Of a stretch of DNA of 61,039 nucleotides, positions 8,729 to 18,600 are shown one piece after another (position 1 is the first letter of the stretch; the number at the start of each line of letters is the position of its first letter). Origin of the DNA: an uncultured virus (IMG/VR IMGVR_UViG_3300025902_000617) (taxonomy: Duplodnaviria; Heunggongvirae; Uroviricota; Caudoviricetes); the IMG/VR virus record IMGVR_UViG_3300025902_000617, one strand, 5' to 3'. The notes beneath the pieces were generated by a model, which was not told where the DNA came from, did no database searches, and saw only the letters and a list, made by a program, of their open reading frames with translations. The translations under genes and the position numbers were made by a program.

Positions 8729-9745
8729 ATGTATAAGTGTAAGATTTGCGGCGAAGAGTTCGACGTTGCCGGGAAGCTTGGCGCCCACATGGGCAATAAA
8801 CATCCAAAAAAGAAGGAACAGGTATGCAAGGTGTGCGGGGCTGTTTTCACTAACGGCGGTCTGCGCGGGCATATGAATACCCATTCTACGAAACCAGTTA
8901 CCGACGTAGAGTGCAAAATTTGTGGAAAGCCGTTCAACACAAGGACAATTAAAGGTCATATGGCGATGGTGCATCCGAAAAACGGTCTCCCGCACCCGGC
9001 TGTCGCTCGTATTGGCAAAGTATGGGAAGGACTAACGGAAGAGCAGCATCTTGCGCGCGTTAAGGCGGCGAGAGATTCCCGGTTCAAAAACAATGACAAT
9101 GCCGAATTGACATATTTACAGCGTCAGATGGTACTTGGATCTTTGCTGGGGGATATGAACATTCACCGTCAGCATAAAGGAGTAACCGATACCGCGCATC
9201 CAGAGCTTCGTATTGCTCATAGCACCGATCAGCGAGCATATGTACAGTGGAAGTACGAGTTATTGAAGCCGATTGCTAGAGATCGCGGTATATACGAGTT
9301 TGACCAGAAAACTGGATTCGGAAAAGGTTTTGGTACTTGCAGATTTGAAACGCGCGCGCTAAAGTGTCTAGAAGAGATATACGATTTAACGAAAGACGCG
9401 TCCGGAAAGAAACGGGTTACCGAAAAGTGGTTGAATGAGATAGATCATCCTATCGCTTTAGCTGCTTGGTACATGGATGATGGCTCTATGGCAAAAGGGT
9501 GTGTTCCGTGGTTTGCAATGGGATTGTCGACAGATGATGAAGTTGGTATCATGCAAGCGTGGCTTTTGAAAAAATGGGGTATAGATACTACATACAGAAG
9601 AGACAAAGGAAATTATAATGACAATACGTACGCTATAGTAACAGTAGCTTATGATAGTCGAGACAAATTTTTCGAACTTGTTCGACCATATACAATCCCA
9701 TCAATGGAATATAAACTTTCGAAATGCAATACTGTTGAAAATTAA
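8729..9745 (+). CDS. C2H2 zinc-finger (x3) fused to LAGLIDADG homing endonuclease
   Basis: Three CxxC-x12-H-x3/4-H fingers, then LGSLLGDMNI and LAAWYMDDGS motifs, C-terminal PSMEYKL. Confidence 0.88.
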   Translation: MYKCKICGEEFDVAGKLGAHMGNKHPKKKEQVCKVCGAVFTNGGLRGHMNTHSTKPVTDVECKICGKPFNTRTIKGHMAMVHPKNGLPHPAVARIGKVWEGLTEEQHLARVKAARDSRFKNNDNAELTYLQRQMVLGSLLGDMNIHRQHKGVTDTAHPELRIAHSTDQRAYVQWKYELLKPIARDRGIYEFDQKTGFGKGFGTCRFETRALKCLEEIYDLTKDASGKKRVTEKWLNEIDHPIALAAWYMDDGSMAKGCVPWFAMGLSTDDEVGIMQAWLLKKWGIDTTYRRDKGNYNDNTYAIVTVAYDSRDKFFELVRPYTIPSMEYKLSKCNTVEN

Positions 9746-9794
9746 AAAGGGAAGGCGGGGTGAGAACTACAATGTTCTACTCCCTGTTATTGGG

Positions 9795-10190
9795 TCAGAG
9801 TATATTCTGCTCTCTTTTGTTGACCATGCTGTAGCCAGCCCCGACGGGAACTGCGCGGACAGCTGCGGTGCGCGGGAATGCCCGGGCGCGAGCTGCGGAG
9901 GTAGTAACACCACTGACGAGACCGAGAGCGAGCGACGTGCCACCGTATGCCATCATTGCATACTGAATTCTCGGGTCGCGGATGAACTTGCCGGTCTTCA
10001 TGCCATACATACCGATACCGATAGCTGCGGCACCGAAGACGATCTCCATCAGGTTCTTAGTCCGACCAAATCCACCGAGCATCGGCAGAAGGCTGGTTCC
10101 GATTGCGGGCTCAACAAAGTTCACAAGAACAAAATCCTGTGCAACACCAGCTGCTCCGGCAGCTGCCATAATGAGTGCTTCTTTATACAT
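9795..10190 (-). CDS. Hydrophobic multi-helix protein, candidate major virion membrane protein
   Basis: Three Gly/Ala-rich hydrophobic segments, Arg-rich tail, high-expression-type codon bias, AGGAG SD. Confidence 0.65.
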   Translation of the reverse strand: MYKEALIMAAAGAAGVAQDFVLVNFVEPAIGTSLLPMLGGFGRTKNLMEIVFGAAAIGIGMYGMKTGKFIRDPRIQYAMMAYGGTSLALGLVSGVTTSAARARAFPRTAAVRAVPVGAGYSMVNKREQNIL

Positions 10191-10271
10191 CTACACATCT
10201 CCTGATATAATAGTGTATTGGTTAACAAAATATATAAAGGTTTTCAAAGAAAATTTGATTTCTTTATATAC

Positions 10272-10622
10272 TTAGAGTACTTTAGTAGCTGATGCAGCTG
10301 CTGATCGTGCTGATGTAGCTACAGCTACACTGATACCACTTGCAAGACCAGCTACCACAGATGCAGCTCCATATGCTGCAAGTGCATTATTGTATTTACC
10401 ATCCTTCAGTACGTAAAGCGATAGTAAAAGTGCAACGCCACCACTCGCTATACAATACACCGATGATGGCTTGTTGAACCCTGCCAACATATCGGGCATA
10501 CCACCAATAACCGAACCAGCTCCGGCATCCATATACTGTCTCAGTATAATATTCTGTACAACACCCGCGCCCGCTGCTGCTGCAATGATCGCGGCCTTTT
10601 TCTGCTCTTCGTTAAACTCCAT
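10272..10622 (-). CDS. Paralog of the 9795-10190 membrane protein
   Basis: AAAGAGVVQ vs AAGAAGVAQ; GF.K/R; ALAAYG vs AMMAYG; TSAR. Confidence 0.65.
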   Translation of the reverse strand: MEFNEEQKKAAIIAAAAGAGVVQNIILRQYMDAGAGSVIGGMPDMLAGFNKPSSVYCIASGGVALLLSLYVLKDGKYNNALAAYGAASVVAGLASGISVAVATSARSAAASATKVL

Positions 10623-10628
10623 GGTAAA

Positions 10629-11105
10629 TCAGCTCTTACTCGAACTACGTGATCTTTGGTTAAGCAAGTATAAAAAGATTATGGCAATACCCGCATATAC
10701 AAGCATCTGTGTTTGTGGACTTTCGGTTATAGCTGTTCCGATCTCTTTCACGAACCCAACGAGTGTGAGTGAAAGTATATATGCGCATACTGTTATAACA
10801 ACAGCCGCAATCGCATACACAGCTATTACGGGGAGCACGGCGGCTGTGAACTGCCCGTATAGATGCTGGTATTCCCACTGCACTGTCACAGTATTGCCAC
10901 TTATGTTTATGTATGTTACGGTAGCTCCCTGACTTGCAAGTTGATTTGTTACCTGATTTATAACATCGTTTTCCCATCCCGGGATTAACTGGCGAATGCC
11001 GGTAACCTGATAGGTGGCTTCATAGGTTTTCCCTTCGACCATGGCTTCGTCTTCGCTAACGTTTCTCGAAGTTACTCCGATCTTTCTGCTTCCTTGAGAA
11101 ACCAT
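10629..11105 (-). CDS. Membrane protein with C-terminal TM helices
   Basis: Two hydrophobic segments and a basic tail, operon spacing. Confidence 0.65.
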   Translation of the reverse strand: MVSQGSRKIGVTSRNVSEDEAMVEGKTYEATYQVTGIRQLIPGWENDVINQVTNQLASQGATVTYINISGNTVTVQWEYQHLYGQFTAAVLPVIAVYAIAAVVITVCAYILSLTLVGFVKEIGTAITESPQTQMLVYAGIAIIFLYLLNQRSRSSSKS

Positions 11106-11106
11106 A

Positions 11107-11931
11107 TTATTTTTTCTCTCCACCAGACGTTAGTAAGAAATATGCAATGATACCTATAATACCATACAAGTATATTTCATTCCCGGGTGCCATTATACAC
11201 GTTGGATCTAAACTCCCGTCGCGGTTAAGACCCTCACATTCTGCCTGAGGCTTTTTGACACAGCTTCCGGCAACACAATTTTCTGTTTTAGAATCACATG
11301 CAGGAGTACACTCTATCGCACATCCAAGTCCTCCGGGATAGCATATGTCGAGAGTGATCACTTCATGTACATCTGTGTTACCAAATGTAAATGTTCTTGA
11401 ATATGGAATGTATCCATCTTTTGTAACAGACACCGTTGCGGTAGTTCCTGCTTTTCCGGATATGCTGGGTGTATTGGCATCGTAAATTCGTGTCCCATTG
11501 ATGACCATAACAGCTCCAGCGGGAGTTACTTGGAACGTGATCATAGATTCACCGGCACCGGCTCCGTGTTCTACAAGAACATTACTCAGTTGTGCGTAAC
11601 GCCCTACATCGTTTTTCCCGGTTCCCTGATAATCCCCCTGCTCGATTATCATGAAATCATACTCACCGGCTGGAAGCGCGTTTACTTCTTTGGAAAGATC
11701 GGTAGGAGATATAGCCGACATGGCTACACAATTGTTACAATCGAGAATTGCCAATTGCGACCATGGAGCAGTTCCAGAACTTCTTTTAAGGATATAATAT
11801 ATTGCATGGAATCCTGCAATAAACGCCCAGTCCTGAGGATCCAGCGCGGCTTTGAACGAGAATCTTATAGCCGTGGCATCGGTCGGGGCATCCGGGGTTA
11901 TGATAATACTGTTCGGGACAACGTGAACCAT
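11107..11931 (-). CDS. Ig/PEGA-like, Cys-rich, C-terminally anchored protein
   Basis: PEGA-like TPAGAVMVING..VTKDGY motif. C-terminal CEGLNR..PGNE.YLYG TM segment shared with 3759-5330. Confidence 0.7.
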   Translation of the reverse strand: MVHVVPNSIIITPDAPTDATAIRFSFKAALDPQDWAFIAGFHAIYYILKRSSGTAPWSQLAILDCNNCVAMSAISPTDLSKEVNALPAGEYDFMIIEQGDYQGTGKNDVGRYAQLSNVLVEHGAGAGESMITFQVTPAGAVMVINGTRIYDANTPSISGKAGTTATVSVTKDGYIPYSRTFTFGNTDVHEVITLDICYPGGLGCAIECTPACDSKTENCVAGSCVKKPQAECEGLNRDGSLDPTCIMAPGNEIYLYGIIGIIAYFLLTSGGEKK

Positions 11932-11998
11932 TTAATACACCATTACAATTACTTATGCGGTAGTAATATTTATATGTTATTGAGACTCCATTACTATT

Positions 11999-12235
11999 AT
12001 GCCTTATATCACAGGTTGGGTGCTTGATAATAATGAACGCCCAATAGAAAATGCCACCGTTGCCCTCCCAGCAGCAGGTTTGTTTGCATTAACAAACGAG
12101 CAAGGGCACTTCGATATAGACAATGTTCCAGAAGGGATCCAGCGGATAAACGTGGTTCACCGGAATTTCCAGAAGTTTATAGCCGATTTGCGTGTTGTTG
12201 AAGACATGGAGTTTACGATTAATATGGATCACTAG
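11999..12235 (+). CDS. Carboxypeptidase-regulatory-like (prealbumin-fold) small protein
   Basis: ITGWVLD..RPIENATV...TNEQGHFDIDNVPEG. Confidence 0.75.
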   Translation: MPYITGWVLDNNERPIENATVALPAAGLFALTNEQGHFDIDNVPEGIQRINVVHRNFQKFIADLRVVEDMEFTINMDH

Positions 12236-12247
12236 CACGGGGTTCTC

Positions 12248-13333
12248 ATGAGCAGTATACTCGAAATCAAGAAGACACTCGAAGAAGTTCTTTTGCAGCG
12301 CGCGGACGTTGTTGGTGTTGGGATATCCGCGGACGGCCAGACGATAAATGTATACGTGCTTGAAAACGGTGTTGCACAATCAGATATACCGCGGATGATG
12401 TCTGGGTATCCAATACGTTTACTCCCGATACCCGGGTTCCAGACGCTTTCAACATCTGACGAGTCGAGAGTGAAGAGGTATCGCCCCGTTGTTGGTGGTG
12501 TGAGTGCCGCGCATACGGAAGTTACCGCCGGAACAATAGGAGCAGTTATATTCGATAAGGTATCTGGGAAAAAATTATTCCTTGGCAATAATCACGTATT
12601 TGCAAATACGTGTTCCACCACAAACGGGCGTGGGCACGAAGGGGATCCTATTATTCAGCCCGGAAAAATTGATGGCGGTAATATATCCGACACGGTTGCA
12701 TATCTTTATAAATGGATTCCTTTCGACGACAAAGGAAAAAATATTGTAGACTGCGCACTTGCGATGCCAGTGGATCAATCGTATGCATCTCCCTATATCT
12801 TGTCAGACGAAAAGTTAAATGTGATAGCGGTGACAGGGACGCGCCCGGTGGAAAGCCAGATGCGCGTTAAGAAATATAGCCGGACTTCCGGTGCGGACTG
12901 GGGGAGGGTTCTGGACTGGAATTTTACTGTTGCCGTGGATTTCGACGATAATATACCGCGCACATTCGTAGATCAGATTCTTGTAGAAATAGAAACGCGC
13001 GGGGGTGATTCCGGGTCTCTTCTTCTCGACGAGAACAATAGTGCGGTGGGTCTCGTGTTCGCGGGTGGGATTGATAAGAGTGGTAAATGGTATGGCGTAG
13101 CAAACAAGATACAGAATGTTCTTGCCATGTTGAGTGACGGTGAAGTTGATGTGTCTGACGGGTGGTCATACGCCCGCGCGATGATGGAGCCAAAACCCAC
13201 ATTCGATGTAGAGACGATGGAAGTAGAGAAACCCCCCAGCACGGAATCTGGGTTATTCGGGATTTTAATGACCGGGGTCGGTGTAGCCGCCGCCGCGGCT
13301 TTGTGGCAACATTTAAATAGACGCGAGCTCTAA
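12248..13333 (+). CDS. Trypsin-like (S1, Nal1-like) serine protease with C-terminal TM anchor
   Basis: Catalytic triad motifs NNHVFA, VDCALA and GGDSGSLL, N-terminal VVGVG prodomain-like region, C-terminal TM. Confidence 0.85.
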   Translation: MSSILEIKKTLEEVLLQRADVVGVGISADGQTINVYVLENGVAQSDIPRMMSGYPIRLLPIPGFQTLSTSDESRVKRYRPVVGGVSAAHTEVTAGTIGAVIFDKVSGKKLFLGNNHVFANTCSTTNGRGHEGDPIIQPGKIDGGNISDTVAYLYKWIPFDDKGKNIVDCALAMPVDQSYASPYILSDEKLNVIAVTGTRPVESQMRVKKYSRTSGADWGRVLDWNFTVAVDFDDNIPRTFVDQILVEIETRGGDSGSLLLDENNSAVGLVFAGGIDKSGKWYGVANKIQNVLAMLSDGEVDVSDGWSYARAMMEPKPTFDVETMEVEKPPSTESGLFGILMTGVGVAAAAALWQHLNRREL

Positions 13334-13359
13334 TATCTTGACAGGATTGGTTGTATATT

Positions 13360-13542
13360 ATGGTGCGAGTTCTTGAGTTGATAGAAGAAAACTGTCCCGA
13401 TTGCTCTGTAGGGATGACCGCAGACGATTTATCTGGAGTGACATCCGGGTTTCCAAACTGGCTGTTGATTCTGCTGGGATCAGCTGCCGTTGGAAGCATC
13501 GGATATATAGTTGTGAATTGGAATAAACAAAGAGGTAGATGA
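13360..13542 (+). CDS. Small C-terminally anchored membrane protein
   Basis: PNWLLILLG.. TM plus basic tail. Confidence 0.6.
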   Translation: MVRVLELIEENCPDCSVGMTADDLSGVTSGFPNWLLILLGSAAVGSIGYIVVNWNKQRGR

Positions 13543-14096
13543 TAATGGCAACCTTGGTTTCAGGTGAAATATGCATCAAAGGAAATAGATATCGGATCGT
13601 AGATCAGGCAGAATACCAGTTCCCTCAGGATACTACAGTTGATTTGAATTTAACACCGGCACCAGAGGGGTATGATTTTTCAACCCCAACGAATGCTGAC
13701 GTTGGGGGAACGTATCAGGGAGGAGGATCATATCCGGGTGAAACCGGAGGAGTTGGCGGAGATTTCGGGTATGGAGGCGCTGGTGGAGCGGGCGGATCCG
13801 GTACGGAAGCAGGTGGACAGGGGGGATACAGATCTATTAACTTGACAATTCCAGCGCGAGAAAGAAAATATGAAGTCAGGTTTGGATTATATGCAAGCCA
13901 GATTCATATCCGTTCGGATCAGGGACTCACAATCAACCTCAACTCGGAATCGAACGAAGATATTTTCGTAGAGATTGCAGAATTTCCGTTCTCGTTATCA
14001 GAGCTTAACGGCGGAGAAAGGATCCAGACCGTATACCTCACTACAGGGGCGAACGAGACAAATGTTAAAATACTCGCTATAGGGTCGGTGGGGTAA
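13539..14096 (+). CDS. Putative virion beta-sandwich protein A1 (Gly-rich linker)
   Basis: Paralog of 14756-15196 (SDQ/ADQ, FPF, KILA.G). Confidence 0.65.
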   Translation: MIMATLVSGEICIKGNRYRIVDQAEYQFPQDTTVDLNLTPAPEGYDFSTPTNADVGGTYQGGGSYPGETGGVGGDFGYGGAGGAGGSGTEAGGQGGYRSINLTIPARERKYEVRFGLYASQIHIRSDQGLTINLNSESNEDIFVEIAEFPFSLSELNGGERIQTVYLTTGANETNVKILAIGSVG

Positions 14097-14097
14097 T

Positions 14098-14505
14098 ATG
14101 ACAATATCATTCCAATCTACAAAGGGTGTCTTGAACGGGGATTTCGTTTACGAGCGCGCGGCATCGACACTAGCTGTTCCAGTAAAGGCTGCTGCACAAA
14201 ATTATCTCCTGCTTTCATACGCAAAGCCAACAACCAGAGGAGATCTACTTTTAACCGCGCTCGGGACAGATCAGCACGACAATTCACTTTATACTTGGAA
14301 AGTCGATGGTGTCACATTGCCAATCTCTGGAAGCGCGCGCGTTGGTAGTATCCACTCGCCATTCCAGTTGCCGATTCCAATTCGTGTGAAAACAAATGTT
14401 CAGCTTTATGTTACCAATAACAATGCCGTGGCATACCCCAACAATGGGCTTGAGCCTTCCGATGCAATGCCCTACGAGGGAGTGTTCATCGGGCAGTGGG
14501 CATAA
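14098..14505 (+). CDS. Putative virion beta-sandwich protein B1
   Basis: Paralog of 15233-15631 (FVYER, GTDQH.NS.YTW.VDGV.LPI). Confidence 0.65.
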   Translation: MTISFQSTKGVLNGDFVYERAASTLAVPVKAAAQNYLLLSYAKPTTRGDLLLTALGTDQHDNSLYTWKVDGVTLPISGSARVGSIHSPFQLPIPIRVKTNVQLYVTNNNAVAYPNNGLEPSDAMPYEGVFIGQWA

Positions 14506-14753
14506 TGGAGTTATCCATGACTGAGAACGATGTACCACGATACGAACTCGAACTGATACGATCATCGGAAGCGATAACAGACGTAGTGAATGATACGAAT
14601 CAGTATACCGCTCCGCAAATCGTATATGCATCACCATCGAATCAGTCTGGAGGAAATACAGCTATATCCGCGAACATGGTAATTATAGTGCTTGCCGTTG
14701 TTATAGGAATTGTGGCAATAGCATATTCAAGAAACTGCAATTGCGGGAAGTGA
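14505..14753 (+). CDS. Small C-terminally anchored membrane protein
   Basis: C-terminal TM followed by CNCGK. Confidence 0.6.
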   Translation: MELSMTENDVPRYELELIRSSEAITDVVNDTNQYTAPQIVYASPSNQSGGNTAISANMVIIVLAVVIGIVAIAYSRNCNCGK

Positions 14754-14755
14754 AA

Positions 14756-15196
14756 ATGGTAAAAATCGGAGAGACGGTTGTCATCAGCGGGAATGTATAC
14801 CGCGCTATTGTTCCGAACGAGAACGAAGTTCAGGGATATGATCCGGTATTGAAAGAGCTCAAGCAATTGAATTTGAATCTGGCGCTTCTTATCGATACAT
14901 TCAGGTGGGATGGGAAGTATGAGACAATTGATGTCATGTTGGAACCAAACGGAGAGCGAGAGTGCTACCCGTTCGATGGGCATTTTAAATTCAGGCCGAA
15001 AGTACTAAGTATAAACGCAGATCAGCCAATTATTGTTCAGATTAACGAAAAGGGAAATCCTCCGATACATCTTCACATTCCCGATTTCCCATTCACGCTA
15101 GAGCATATCAACCCGAGAATGGATATAAAATGCCTTTATGTCACCCCAGCAAAACATGGCGTGGAAACACATTTAAAGATCTTGGCATTCGGATAA
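14756..15196 (+). CDS. Putative virion beta-sandwich protein A2
   Basis: Paralog of 13539-14096. Confidence 0.65.
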   Translation: MVKIGETVVISGNVYRAIVPNENEVQGYDPVLKELKQLNLNLALLIDTFRWDGKYETIDVMLEPNGERECYPFDGHFKFRPKVLSINADQPIIVQINEKGNPPIHLHIPDFPFTLEHINPRMDIKCLYVTPAKHGVETHLKILAFG

Positions 15197-15232
15197 AGGT
15201 TAATATATTATAAATGCATAGTACTACATACT

Positions 15233-15631
15233 ATGATACTGGCGCAAGATGGAATACCTCCAAAAAATTTTGTTTACGAGCGGAGGTCTTCCACATTATC
15301 AGATCCCATCATTGCAGGAATGAGCGGGTATCAATTGCTACGGTGGTCTGTTCCCCCGGAAAGGGATCATCTTCTTCTTTACGGAATCGGAACAGACCAA
15401 CATCTCAATAGCAGGTACACGTGGGTTGTCGATGGTGTAGAACTTCCCATTAATGGCATTGCGCGCGTAGGTACTCCAGAGAATCCGTATTTTTTTCCGG
15501 AACCATTATATGTATCTGGCACCATAGTTTTATATATTACAAATGACAATGCCGTAGGATATCCCAATTCCGGAACACTTCCGGACGACGAGTATCCATA
15601 CGAGTGTCTTATAGTAGGAAGGTTTGCTTAA
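15233..15631 (+). CDS. Putative virion beta-sandwich protein B2
   Basis: Paralog of 14098-14505. Confidence 0.65.
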   Translation: MILAQDGIPPKNFVYERRSSTLSDPIIAGMSGYQLLRWSVPPERDHLLLYGIGTDQHLNSRYTWVVDGVELPINGIARVGTPENPYFFPEPLYVSGTIVLYITNDNAVGYPNSGTLPDDEYPYECLIVGRFA

Positions 15632-18600
15632 TGGTTAATCTTGGATCACCGCGGTCTACGAAAGAACCTGCGCGTATATCTGGAAACGTCGTTATAACTT
15701 CTATATCCGGGGATTCTGTAGTTCTCTCCTCAAGTATAACGCTCGACGTATCAGGCACGTGGATTAGCATTAGCGGATCTTCCGTCTCTGTATCAGGAAG
15801 CCCGGTGTTAATTTCCGGGCAACCCGTGTCCGTATCGGGAAGCTGGGTAAACATTAGCGGGGCATATTTAGCATCTGGGCAGTGGGTAGAAGCATCCGTA
15901 TCAGGGAATTGGGTAGATATAAGTGGAGCAGAGGTTATCACTTCTGTGTCAGGAGATGCTGTTTCAACATCCGTATCCGGAAATGTAGTGGCAACTTCGG
16001 TTTCCGGAAATGTTGTTTCAACATCCGTATCCGGTAACAAGGTGGACACATCTGTTTCTGGTAATGTCATCACCGTGCTTGTTTCAGGTGGAATAGTACG
16101 AACTGTCTCTGGGAACTGGGTCGACATTAGTGGAGAATCGGTTTCCACTTCGGTGTCCGGTGACGCGGTGTTTGTCTATATATCTGGTGGCACGGTAACA
16201 GCAGTGACCGATGTGTCGGGACAGTCTGTATTTGTCTATATTTCTGGCGGATCTATAACAGCGGCAACCGATGTGTCAGGACAGTCAGTATTTGTTTACA
16301 TATCTGGCGGAGCTATTACAACTACAATCGATTCTGGATCTCCGGTGGCGATCTCTGGAAGTTGGGTGGATGTGAGCGGGGCTACAGTACTTACATCCGT
16401 ATCCGGTAATGCAGTATTTGTCTATCTATCTGGTGGAGACATAACCGTAGAAGTTTCCGGAGACTGGGTAGATGTTAGCGGTGCAACTGTACTCACTTCC
16501 GTATCAGGCAATGTCCTCACGGTACTTGTGTCCGGCGGAATTGTACGTACAGTTTCCGGCAACTGGGTTAATATCAGTGGCGAATCTGTTGTCACATCTA
16601 TATCAGGAAACGCCGTGTTCGTTTACTTGTCAGGAGGAGATATCACCGTAGAGATTTCCGGAGACTGGGTGGATGTAAGCGGAGCAACTGTACTTACTTC
16701 TGTATCTGGAAATTGGGTGAGTACAAGCGGATCCACCGTAATCACATCTGTATCCGGGAATGTCCTCACCGTGCTTGTATCAGGTGGGATAGTCCGTACC
16801 ATCTCTGGAAACTGGGTAAATATTAGTGGAGAATCCATCGTTACTTCTGTTTCTGGAAATTGGGTAAGTACAAGTGGATCAACTGTACTTACATCTATAT
16901 CTGGAAATGCAGTATTCATTTATGTTTCTGGAGGAAATTTACAGGTAGATATTTCCGGGGATTCGGTTACAGTATCTGGCAGCTGGGTTAATATCAGCGG
17001 CGAATCTGTAGTCACATCGGTATCAGGAAATGTCCTCACAGTTCTAGTATCCGGTGGTATCGTTCGGACTATCTCTGGAAATTGGGTAGACGTTAGTGGT
17101 GCAACTGTTCTTACTTCGGTTTCTGGGAATGTTATCACCGTTCTCGTGTCTGGTGGAATAGTTCGTACAATCTCGGGTAACTGGGTAAATATCAGTGGAG
17201 AATCCGTTGTCACATCAATATCCGGAAATGCGGTATTCGTCTATGTATCCGGAGGAAATCTTCAAGTGGATATCTCAGGCGATCCCGTTACTGTATCCGG
17301 AAGCTGGGTAAACATTAGCGGAGAATCCGTCGTCACATCCGTATCTGGAAACGTGCTCACTGTGCTCGTGTCTGGAGGCATCGTTAGAACCATCTCTGGA
17401 AGCTGGGTTAATATCAGCGGGGAATCCGTTGTAACATCTATCTCTGGAAATGCCGTGTTTGTGTATGTGTCTGGCGGCAATTTGCAGGTAGATATCTCCG
17501 GGGATCCGGTCACGGTTTCCGGAAGCTGGGTTGATATCAGCGGAGAGTCTGTAGTCACATCAGTATCAGGGAACGTGCTTACCGTACTTGTATCTGGCGG
17601 AATTGTGCGCACTGTTTCTGGAAACTGGGTAAACATCAGTGGAGAATCTGTTGTAACATCAGTTTCTGGAAACGTCGTTGCAACTTCTGTTTCAGGAAAC
17701 GTCCTCACCGTGCTGGTATCCGGAGGCATTGTGCGCACAATTTCCGGAAACTGGGTGAATATTAGCGGAGAATCGATAGTTACATCAATATCCGGAAATG
17801 CGGTATTCGTCTATGTATCCGGAGGAAATCTTCAAGTGGATATATCAGGCGATCCTGTTACTGTATCCGGAAGCTGGGTGGATGTGAGTGGCGCGACCGT
17901 GCTTACTTCTGTATCTGGAAACATTCTCACAGTGCTTGTATCCGGTGGCATCGTCAGGACTATCTCTGGAAATTGGGTCAATATTAGTGGAGAATCTGTA
18001 GTCACTTCTGTTTCTGGCAATGCGGTGGTTACATCGGTGTCAGGTAACGTTCTTACGGTACTTGTATCTGGAGGAATAGTTCGAACCGTATCCGGTAACT
18101 GGGTGAACATCAGTGGGGAGTCGGTTGTCACTTCGGTATCCGGGAATGTTGTTGTTACATCCACGTCGGGTAATGTTCTTACAGTTTTAGTGTCTGGTGG
18201 AATAGTCCGTACGATCTCCGGGAACTGGGTAAACATTAGTGGAGAATCAGTAGTCACATCGATATCAGGAAATGATGTGTTCGTTTATATTTCCGGTGGA
18301 TCTATAACTACAATAACTGACGTGTCTGGGCAATCGGTGTTTGTCTACATATCTGGTGGGGCGATATCGACCACAATAGCATCCGGGTCTCCGGTATCTG
18401 TATCTGGCGATGCAGTATTTGTCTATCTATCTGGCGGAGATATCACAGTAGAGATTTCTGGAGACTGGGTAGATGTGAGTGGGGCTACAGTTCTTACTTC
18501 TGTATCTGGGAACGTCCTCACCGTACTTGTGTCCGGTGGAATTGTACGCACCGTTTCCGGGAACTGGGTTAATATCAGTGGCGAATCCGTTGTTACATCA

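Noticed and set aside
8640..9790. LAGLIDADG gene as part of a group I/archaeal intron or an intein
   Set aside because: It has its own TATA box, start and stop. No interrupted host gene or intein terminal motifs are visible.
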